DNA of 32,182 bases. Origin: a virus (taxonomy: Duplodnaviria; Heunggongvirae; Uroviricota; Caudoviricetes). The notes under the pieces were generated by a model, which did not search any database, had not been told where the DNA came from, and saw nothing but the letters and a program-made list of their open reading frames with translations. Location of the stretch: IMG/VR virus record IMGVR_UViG_3300006217_002764; one strand, written 5' to 3'. Shown here one piece after another: positions 8,506-15,010 of this stretch. The first letter of the stretch is position 1. Each line of letters opens with the position of its first letter. The position numbers were made by a program, and so were the translations under genes.

Positions 8506-8943
8506 TCACTGCTCCTCTCCCGGTCGCATGACCTCGATGCCGCCCAACAATTCGTCCGTGCCGGCCATGATGCGCCGCGCGTGTTCGAGCAGGTTCGCGT
8601 CCATACCGTTCGCCTCGTATTCCAACAGCACCATCTCGTTGTATCGGGTGCGGGCCTTGTCCATGAGTTCATCGGCTGCGGCGAGCCCGTCCGACACCAG
8701 TCCACGCCGGCCTGCATGCCACCTGTCCGGCAAGGTTCCGGCAGTAAGGTATGCTTCCAGTTCGCCGAGCCGGGTGTCGATCACGTGGCGCATATGGTAC
8801 GCGTCAGTGAACGTGTCTTCGTTGAACCCGTTGTCCAACCGGTTGGCCAACCCGCAGTATGCGTCGGTCAACAATGCGATGTTGGACAGCAGGCGGCGTG
8901 CACGCCACGCGCACCGTATCTGGCGTATCCATTCGATGGTCAT
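8506..8943 (-). CDS. Helical hypothetical protein, 145 aa
   Basis: GAAGGAG RBS; ATGA overlap. Confidence 0.75.
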   Translation of the reverse strand: MTIEWIRQIRCAWRARRLLSNIALLTDAYCGLANRLDNGFNEDTFTDAYHMRHVIDTRLGELEAYLTAGTLPDRWHAGRRGLVSDGLAAADELMDKARTRYNEMVLLEYEANGMDANLLEHARRIMAGTDELLGGIEVMRPGEEQ

Positions 8944-9095
8944 GCGTCCGCTCCTTCCGGTTCCGGTTCGCTTTGTTCGCTTAGGATCATGTCGAGCTCC
9001 TCGTCGCTGATTTCCAACAGGCGGGTGATGTCCACCCGCGGCACGTGGCAGTCCCACCATGTGCGTGCGATCTCCTTGCGTTGTTCACTGGTCAA
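8940..9095 (-). CDS. Small HTH-like protein, 51 aa (below the ORF-track cutoff)
   Basis: AAGGA RBS, TTG start; MTSEQRKEIARTWWDCHVPRVDITRLLEISDEELDMIL; stop overlaps the next ATG. Confidence 0.6.
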   Translation of the reverse strand: MTSEQRKEIARTWWDCHVPRVDITRLLEISDEELDMILSEQSEPEPEGADA

Positions 9096-9126
9096 TCGTC
9101 ATGTTCCTTATATATGTGTTGATAAG

Positions 9127-9300
9127 TCAGGGTTTCCACATGTTCCTGTCGAGGCGGTCGCAGTACGATTCGATCCGCCCCAACGCATCCAGATACCCGT
9201 CGGTGTACTGGTCGGCCTGGCTGGTGCGTTCCCGTGCCAACCGGTCGCATTCGGCCATGATGCGTTGCAGCAGGGCGCGCTGTTGGGACACGTTGATCAC
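9127..9300 (-). CDS. Small hypothetical protein, 57 aa (below the ORF-track cutoff)
   Basis: AGGAGG RBS, GTG overlapping upstream TGA; MINVSQQRALLQRIMAEC...YTDGYLDALGRIESYCD. Confidence 0.65.
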   Translation of the reverse strand: MINVSQQRALLQRIMAECDRLARERTSQADQYTDGYLDALGRIESYCDRLDRNMWKP

Positions 9301-9545
9301 GATGCCTCCTTGTTGTTGAGCATGGTGAGCGCGGCCCGCTGCGCACGCAACCGTGCCGCCGGGGTGGACGGGTCGAATTGCCGGCCCACGCGTTCCAATG
9401 CGTCGATCAGCGCCGGCAGGCCGCTCGTGTCGCCGGCGCGTGCGGACAGCTGCTGTTTGGCGTCCGCGATCTCCTTGCCGATCACACGGTGGATGCGTGT
9501 GTCCTCGGCGAGAATCGCGCCAATCAGGCCTTGCGTATCGGTCAC
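9297..9545 (-). CDS. Hypothetical protein, 82 aa
   Basis: AAGGAG RBS, GTGA overlap. Confidence 0.7.
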   Translation of the reverse strand: MTDTQGLIGAILAEDTRIHRVIGKEIADAKQQLSARAGDTSGLPALIDALERVGRQFDPSTPAARLRAQRAALTMLNNKEAS

Positions 9546-10141
9546 CTTGTGCTCTCCTTGTCTTCTTGCAATTGCCGGATGATGCCGGGCGCCTGTCTCC
9601 AATCGCTCATGGTGATGCCCCCACCGTCACGGCAGTACGGATGGTCGGGATGGATGACGGTGACGCCCTTGGCGGCCAGCTCGTCAATGACAGCTGGGTC
9701 GTCCTCGAACGCGGCATCCACATCCAACAGGGTCTTGTCACCGAAATGGAATCCGACACCATACTCGACCGGGCCGTGCGCCGGATCATGCCAATGCCGG
9801 GTGAACCATGCGAACGTCTGTTGGAAGTGTTCGTCGTCCACACGACTGGTGGCGACGACCAGATCATGGCCGTCCTCGACCAACTGCCACAGGGCGCGCA
9901 TCGCATGAGGATACGGGTGCTCCGCCGCATACAATCCGTCCAACACCGCAGCATGGTGGGCGTCCGCATACTCCTCATATGAGCTGAACGGCCACGACGG
10001 GTCACGCCACAACCCGTACTCGCACGGCTCCGCCATCGCATACTCGTTCAACGGGCCATACACATGGGTGCCACGCAGCCAGTACCGCAACGCGTGCGTG
10101 TAATCCGCAAGCGTATTGTCGATATCGACCATGATCCTCAA
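9542..10141 (-). CDS. HAD-superfamily 5'(3')-deoxyribonucleotidase-like phosphatase, 199 aa
   Basis: Motif I VDIDNTLAD, motif II VVATSR, K in GDK, motif IV FEDDP; AAGGAG RBS plus TTG. Confidence 0.85.
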   Translation of the reverse strand: MRIMVDIDNTLADYTHALRYWLRGTHVYGPLNEYAMAEPCEYGLWRDPSWPFSSYEEYADAHHAAVLDGLYAAEHPYPHAMRALWQLVEDGHDLVVATSRVDDEHFQQTFAWFTRHWHDPAHGPVEYGVGFHFGDKTLLDVDAAFEDDPAVIDELAAKGVTVIHPDHPYCRDGGGITMSDWRQAPGIIRQLQEDKESTR

Positions 10142-10377
10142 CGCCGGCTCCTTGCCTGTGTGGTGGACAGCGTCATGCGGCGCCGTTCGCGTGGTGTCTT
10201 GCCTCCCCAGATGCCGTATTGTTCCGGTGCGCGCATCGCATGGTCGAGACACTGTTCTCGCACGGGACAGTCCGCGCAGATGGCTTTCGCCTCCTGTTCA
10301 CGGATGTCATCGAAGAACAGGTCGCCCTTGCCGGAGCATTTGGCATGTTCGCGCCACACGGCGCTGTTGCGGCTCAT
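10138..10377 (-). CDS. whiB: WhiB-family Fe-S transcription factor, 79 aa
   Basis: C-x19-C-x2-C-x5-C and GIWGG turn. Confidence 0.92.
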   Translation of the reverse strand: MSRNSAVWREHAKCSGKGDLFFDDIREQEAKAICADCPVREQCLDHAMRAPEQYGIWGGKTPRERRRMTLSTTQARSRR

Positions 10378-10565
10378 GCCCGGTGCTCCAGCATCATGTG
10401 CACGGCCTGGACGCTTTCCACGGTGTCGCGGACGGTCACGTCGTCGGGCATGGACAGTGTCCAGTCGGGGGTGTGCAGCGTGTATCCGTTGGTGTCGTAG
10501 CGGAGGTCCATGCGTACGGTGTCCCCGCATTCGGGCATGAGCATGGTCATGGTGAAGTTGTTCAT
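10374..10565 (-). CDS. Hypothetical protein, 63 aa
   Basis: AAAGGA RBS; ATGA overlaps at both ends. Confidence 0.65.
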   Translation of the reverse strand: MNNFTMTMLMPECGDTVRMDLRYDTNGYTLHTPDWTLSMPDDVTVRDTVESVQAVHMMLEHRA

Positions 10566-10777
10566 CGTGTGGTCCTTTGCGGGGTGTGGTTGCCGGCCAG
10601 TCTGGCCGCGGTGTCGTTGAGCGTGTCCCTGAGTTCGGTGAGCTGTGTGGTGTCCCTGTCTGGCCCGATCCGGTCGATGGCGAGGGTGATGCTGTCGGCG
10701 GCGTCCCGGATGCTGCGTTTCGCGTATTGCAGCAGGTATTGGTTGCGCCAGTCGTCGGGGGTGGGGGTGGTGTACAT
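10562..10777 (-). CDS. Hypothetical protein, 71 aa
   Basis: AAGGA RBS; coupled stop. Confidence 0.65.
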   Translation of the reverse strand: MYTTPTPDDWRNQYLLQYAKRSIRDAADSITLAIDRIGPDRDTTQLTELRDTLNDTAARLAGNHTPQRTTR

Positions 10778-10779
10778 GT

Positions 10780-10831
10780 AGTGTCCTTGTGGATGGTGTG
10801 GTATCGTTGTCCACAGTGTCCTTGTGGATGG
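10780..10831. repeat. 17-bp direct repeat AGTGTCCTTGTGGATGG x2
   Basis: Copies at 10780-10796 and 10815-10831; TTGTCCACA at 10807-10815 lies between them. Confidence 0.8.
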
Positions 10832-10886
10832 GCGCAGACGTCAATCCACAATCTGACATAATGTTCATTATCGGCTATTCAGCCCG

Positions 10887-11348
10887 TCAGGCACGGTCCG
10901 ACACGCCGTCGAACTGCGCGTATGGGTCGTCCATTCCTCCCGCCGGCGGAGCGTAATCGAACATTCCCGCACCCATGGCCGGGCCCGCCGCATCCTGCGA
11001 CGCCGCGAACATGAGGCTCGGTCCGGCGTCGGCCACGGTGACGACCTGCATGCTGCGTTGTTCGCCGGTGTTGCGGTCACAGTAGGATTCGCACGACTCG
11101 CTGCCGATGATGACCACGCGCATGCCTTTTCGCAGATTGGAGCCGATCCCTTCGGCGAGCCGTCCGAACGCCTTGCACCGTTTGAATGTCGTGGCGCCCT
11201 TCACCCATTGTTTCGCCGCGGCGTCCCAATGCCGGTGATTCACGGCGAGCGTGAAGTTGGCTACGGGGGTCTTGCCTTGTGTCTGGTAGAGCTTCGGGTC
11301 GGCGCATGCCGTGCCGGAGAAGCTGATGGGTATGTCGGGGAACGCCAT
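10887..11348 (-). CDS. ssb: Single-stranded DNA-binding protein, 153 aa
   Basis: DPKLYQTQGKTPVANFTLAV...W...FKRCKAFGRLAE...LRKGMRVVIIG; acidic DDPY tail; AAAGGAAG RBS. Confidence 0.9.
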   Translation of the reverse strand: MAFPDIPISFSGTACADPKLYQTQGKTPVANFTLAVNHRHWDAAAKQWVKGATTFKRCKAFGRLAEGIGSNLRKGMRVVIIGSESCESYCDRNTGEQRSMQVVTVADAGPSLMFAASQDAAGPAMGAGMFDYAPPAGGMDDPYAQFDGVSDRA

Positions 11349-11367
11349 GGTGCTTCCTTTGCCGTGG

Positions 11368-11391
11368 TTTGTGGATAATCTCAGTATAGCA
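11368..11391 (-). promoter_or_regulatory. Shared promoter motif upstream of ssb
   Basis: TGC TATACT GA GAT TATCCACAAA. Confidence 0.75.
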
Positions 11392-11432
11392 TATGTATTC
11401 CGATGCCATGACACGCTTCGAACGCGCCGAGT

Positions 11433-12296
11433 TCAGCTTTCCATGTCGCACTCCATAAGGATGCACGTGAAGTCATCTTCGTCGATCGTGTCCAGATTCG
11501 CGTGGATGTTCGTGTTGCGCCACCTGCCGGTACCGTAGTCCACATACTCGTCGAGCGTGTCCACGATCCTTCGCTGCGTCTCGTCGGACAACGCCACCAT
11601 GCCGTTGCCCGAATACTCCGCCACCTGATCCTCGATGTCCGCCCTGCTGGAGAAATCCGGTCTGACGGAAGCGCCACGCGCATCAGAGACCGTCAAAAAT
11701 CGCAGCGGCCCATCATGGTCTTCCGGATCATAGCCGGGCGCGTACAGGGTTGCGCTCGAATACGCCGCTTCCGAATCGTAATCAACCTCCGCCGCATATC
11801 CCGAACCGTCGTCGAACAGATTGCGTGCGAACGCGTATGTCGTGTCGCGCTCTTCCATGTGGTCGAGCACGTCATCGGGGGTCAGGCCGGTGCCACGGAA
11901 GTCGCAATCGACGATGGCGGCCGCATCCCAATGCGTGCTGGACACGTCGGCGTCATGAAAATCACAGTTCGCGAGGGTCGCATTGCGCAGCTCCACATCC
12001 GACAGGTCCGCTTGCGACAGGTCGGAGCTGTACAGTCCGGCGCCACGCATGTCCGAGCCGGACAGATCCGCGCCGCGCAGGTTTGTGTGCCAGAATTCGC
12101 AGGCGCGCAGGTCGGCGTCATGGAGATCGGCTGCGGACAGGTCATGGAAGGAGAAGTTCCTCTCCCTGAGGTCTATGCCGCTGAAATCGGGGCGGGCGTT
12201 CGCAGTCCCGCATGCCGCTTTCAGCCGCGTGTTGCCCATGTCGGCGAAGGTGCCGTCCGGGTTGCGCCGGTGCTGGGTTTCGTTGAATCCTCCCAT
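11433..12296 (-). CDS. Pentapeptide-repeat protein with short N-terminal motif and acidic C-terminal domain, 287 aa
   Basis: About 18-20 A(D/N)LXX-type repeats (ADLHD ADLRA ... ADLSG SDMRG); GAAGGAA RBS. Confidence 0.9.
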   Translation of the reverse strand: MGGFNETQHRRNPDGTFADMGNTRLKAACGTANARPDFSGIDLRERNFSFHDLSAADLHDADLRACEFWHTNLRGADLSGSDMRGAGLYSSDLSQADLSDVELRNATLANCDFHDADVSSTHWDAAAIVDCDFRGTGLTPDDVLDHMEERDTTYAFARNLFDDGSGYAAEVDYDSEAAYSSATLYAPGYDPEDHDGPLRFLTVSDARGASVRPDFSSRADIEDQVAEYSGNGMVALSDETQRRIVDTLDEYVDYGTGRWRNTNIHANLDTIDEDDFTCILMECDMES

Positions 12297-12342
12297 GGTG
12301 GTTTCCTTCCATTTTGGCGTACGTCATTGTCCTGTAAGTAGG

Positions 12343-12366
12343 TTTGTGTACGCTTTCAGAATATCA
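12343..12366 (-). promoter_or_regulatory. Shared promoter motif upstream of the pentapeptide gene
   Basis: TGA TATTCT GA AAG CGTACACAAA. Confidence 0.65.
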
Positions 12367-12528
12367 TCTAGCGAGGTCGGCCCAGTCTTGATTGTCTTTG
12401 TCGCGGAAGATCGCGCCGATACGCCAATAGGCCGTCACTACAGCGCAGACTAAGGCGAATGCGAGTGCATCTCCGATATTGCGCACGCATGACGATGCCT
12501 TGTTTATGAAGATAATGTTTTTGTGCAT
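12364..12528 (-). CDS. Leaderless 54-aa single-TM peptide (below the ORF-track cutoff)
   Basis: MHKNIIFINKASSCVRNIGDALAFALVCAVVTAYWRIGAIFRDKDNQDWADLAR; ATG 7 nt after TATACT. Confidence 0.6.
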   Translation of the reverse strand: MHKNIIFINKASSCVRNIGDALAFALVCAVVTAYWRIGAIFRDKDNQDWADLAR

Positions 12529-12543
12529 GTGTTCAGTATATCA
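12520..12543 (-). promoter_or_regulatory. Shared promoter motif; the +1 coincides with an ATG
   Basis: TGA TATACT GA ACA CATGCACAAA. Confidence 0.7.
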
Positions 12544-12578
12544 CTGATAAAAGTTCTGGAATCCGAACTGACCCAGAC

Positions 12579-12621
12579 TTGAGGGGGGAGCGATATGTGA
12601 TATGCTGATTGCGTCCACAAA
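12579..12621 (+). promoter_or_regulatory. Shared promoter motif driving the putative ncRNA
   Basis: TTGAGG (12579-12584) ... TGA TATGCT GA TTG CGTCCACAAA. Confidence 0.7.
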
Positions 12622-13110
12622 CCATGGTCGTCCTCCAGACCGAAACGGGGAACGGTCACAGTAACGGAAAGGCTCGGCCACCGAGGTGGTCGAGCCCAAG
12701 AGATAATTGAAAACAGATTCAGTATAACATAGGTCGCGAACATACGCAACCCAGTACTGAAGACCGAGGGAAACAGGGATAGCCCCTCGCGAATCCTCCC
12801 GCCAACGTGTACCCGTCCGATGGGGACGCCGGTCTTCGTGAGATAAAGCCACGAAGCAGCCAGAGCCGAAACAAGGACCGGAGCCGAGGAACGTACCGAC
12901 CAATGCGGGCGCATTAGTAGTGTATGGGTGCGGTGCAGCAATAATCGGACCGCCAACTGCATGTTTCGACCAAACCGTTGATTCGGACACCCATACGTAT
13001 GCCGCCGTGTACGGAACAATACCCGTGCCGAGTGTCTCTTAGGCTCCATACTGCCGCCGCTGGGGAACCAACGGAAAAGACCTCGCCTGAATGAGATCAG
13101 GCGGGCGCCC
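12613..13110 (+). ncRNA. Putative large structured non-coding RNA, ~500 nt, class unassigned
   Basis: Own promoter; no + strand ORF over 28 aa; A-rich linkers; many nested helices and crossing pairings (see findings); ends in hairpin 13082-13105. Confidence 0.65.
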
Positions 13111-13497
13111 CTTCTTCACCACCAACCACCACTAGAGAACCTTCTTGGTTCGCGCTTATGTGCACTGTCATATTCACGAGTCCGCCGCACATGCCTCTCC
13201 TCCCCTAGTTGGTCGTCTTATTCCTTCGCTTAATACCCCCCACCCCCCCGCTGATCCTCCTGTTCTTTTTCGTTTTCCTCTTCGGTTTCCCCTCTGTTGC
13301 GAATCAAGTCATGGTTCTTGGGCAAGAACGATCGTTGCATTGGCCTATTCCCTGTTCCCTTCGACGTGTTGTCACGGGTTGGAGCGATCCGGATGATGCG
13401 ATGGTCTGTCGTGGGGTTGTTTGGGGTGTTGGTGTGTTTCTTGCTTTAGATGTGACGTGGATATTGTCGCGGGGTGTGCGTATCAACCATACTTAAG

Positions 13498-13521
13498 TGC
13501 TATACTGAACTTATCTACAAA
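13498..13521 (+). promoter_or_regulatory. Shared promoter motif
   Basis: TGC TATACT GA ACT TATCTACAAA then AAGGAG RBS. Confidence 0.75.
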
Positions 13522-13535
13522 ACAAGGAGTATGTC

Positions 13536-13817
13536 ATGACCAACCTCGACCACGCCACACGCAGCCTCTACCAGACAGCAATGCGCATCCTCAACCAACA
13601 ACCCCCATGGATCGACCCCTACATGGGCGCCGACTTCACCCACCACACCATCACCATCGCACAGGGGCGCACCCAATACAAAATCAGCTTCGAAGAGACA
13701 CACGGCCTGCTGATCGCCCACATCACCCACAACAGCAAACTAACCCAAGACAAACCAATAGCCACTGAACAGGACGTCGAAACCCTGTTCACCAACATCT
13801 ACCAACAACTCGCCTGA
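13536..13817 (+). CDS. Hypothetical protein, 93 aa
   Basis: AAGGAG RBS, promoter motif upstream. Confidence 0.75.
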   Translation: MTNLDHATRSLYQTAMRILNQQPPWIDPYMGADFTHHTITIAQGRTQYKISFEETHGLLIAHITHNSKLTQDKPIATEQDVETLFTNIYQQLA

Positions 13818-13849
13818 AACCACAAGCAACTAAGAAAGGAACCAGTTCA

Positions 13850-14242
13850 ATGAGAACAAGAATCAGCAAGCACGGCAAGTACCGGATTTATGAGGGTGTC
13901 GAACGGGAAGTGGGTGACATGCTGCAATCCGGCGACCAGTTGACCCTCAATTTTTTCAACGGTAAGCGCGTCACGGTTGAGGTCATCCAGTTGATTCGTG
14001 ACCGTGAAGAGTGGGAGAATGTTATACCGCAGGTGGGGCTCGCCTCCTTTTTCCTCTTCGACACGTTGCTCAGTCAAAGGGGTGATGGGGTTTTCGACAG
14101 GAACAATTATCTTATTCGTAACGGGAAAACCGTGTCCGTGTGGTTTCCCTTTTTGGATGATTCCCCGGTGAAGATCAAGCGTCTTATTCCCCGGTCAGAG
14201 ACGGGGATCACGGGCGACACTGTGCGTGAGGACACTAAGTGA
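13850..14242 (+). CDS. Hypothetical protein, 130 aa
   Basis: AGAAAGGA RBS. Confidence 0.7.
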   Translation: MRTRISKHGKYRIYEGVEREVGDMLQSGDQLTLNFFNGKRVTVEVIQLIRDREEWENVIPQVGLASFFLFDTLLSQRGDGVFDRNNYLIRNGKTVSVWFPFLDDSPVKIKRLIPRSETGITGDTVREDTK

Positions 14243-14258
14243 GGAAACCGCCGTCGAC

Positions 14259-14498
14259 ATGCCCGACAAGCCGGGATTCTGGCGCGACAGGGCCGGCGAC
14301 CTGCTCTTGGCGGACATCACCACCACAAACCGCATCACCCGCCTCCATGCATGGGCGAATAGCCGCCACACGCTCACCAAACTGTTTGCAGACCCTGGCA
14401 ATCCCCAGCGCACCATCCAATTGTCCATCATCGGCCAACCCGTCCAACGCATCGCACAGCGTGCCGCCGACCATTTGCGATTGGTCGCCGCACAGTAA
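14259..14498 (+). CDS. Hypothetical protein, 79 aa
   Basis: GAGGAA RBS before ATG 14259. Confidence 0.6.
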   Translation: MPDKPGFWRDRAGDLLLADITTTNRITRLHAWANSRHTLTKLFADPGNPQRTIQLSIIGQPVQRIAQRAADHLRLVAAQ

Positions 14499-14510
14499 CC
14501 TACATGCCGA

Positions 14511-14602
14511 AAAGAGCGAAGGCCGGGCCAAAACGGACCAGCCTTCGCGCTTTAGTGAGGTAAAGGTACAGGCTAATTTTGCAGTGCCTGTAAGCCTTAA
14601 CC
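14511..14602. terminator. Two adjacent long hairpins between convergent genes
   Basis: GCGAAGGC/GCCTTCGC (14516-14548) with AAAG/CTTT flanks; TACAGGC/GCCTGTA (14567-14592) with AAGG/CCTT flanks. Confidence 0.55.
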
Positions 14603-14614
14603 CTATTCTACCAG

Positions 14615-15010
14615 CTAATCGTTCCCTTTTTTACCCGAAGTATCCACTTCGGCATGACGGCGGAACATCTGACTGTGCATCCAAACAGCGCATGCAGCAA
14701 TCCCATCACACAATGCAACAAAGATCTCGGGCACCCATTCGCGCCAACGCCAAATCGCCGAACCAACCGCCCACAACATCCACAGGATTATCGCAATCAC
14801 GGAGGCAAGCTGTAGGCGCGTCCAAAAACCTCCGCCCTGCCAGACATGGATGGTCGTGGCGGCGATCGGGCGGAACCATTCCCGGAACCCGCTGAGTCGT
14901 TCCGCGCAGAATGGTGCCGCATACTCCCAAGACAGTCGTACGATGACGACGATGACCGCGACAAGCGCCAGTTGGCGCAAACGGTCCATGAATCCGGTTC
15001 GTTCCATCAT
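14615..15010 (-). CDS. Hypothetical membrane protein, 131 aa
   Basis: AAAGGAG RBS; 2-3 TM segments, Trp-rich. Confidence 0.7.
   Translation of the reverse strand: MMERTGFMDRLRQLALVAVIVVIVRLSWEYAAPFCAERLSGFREWFRPIAATTIHVWQGGGFWTRLQLASVIAIILWMLWAVGSAIWRWREWVPEIFVALCDGIAACAVWMHSQMFRRHAEVDTSGKKGND

Noticed and set aside
7250-9582. Long + strand ORFs (332 and 454 aa); likewise 11502-12341, 22912-23994 and 26048-27808
   Set aside because: Antisense shadows of well-supported minus-strand genes in GC-rich DNA
13001-13035. CCGCCGTGTACGGAA resembling group II intron domain V
   Set aside because: The complementary 3' strand of D5 and a D6 are missing, and there is no RT ORF
12504-13049. Minus-strand ORFs of 181 and 149 aa over the structured region
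   Set aside because: No RBS, no recognisable motifs, atypical composition; they would overlap two promoters
12613-13110. tmRNA, RNase P RNA or group I intron identity for the structured region
   Set aside because: No tRNA-like ends or tag ORF, no GAGGAAAGUCC / AGAACCCGGCUUA, and no recognisable P/Q/R/S core; it is not inserted in a gene
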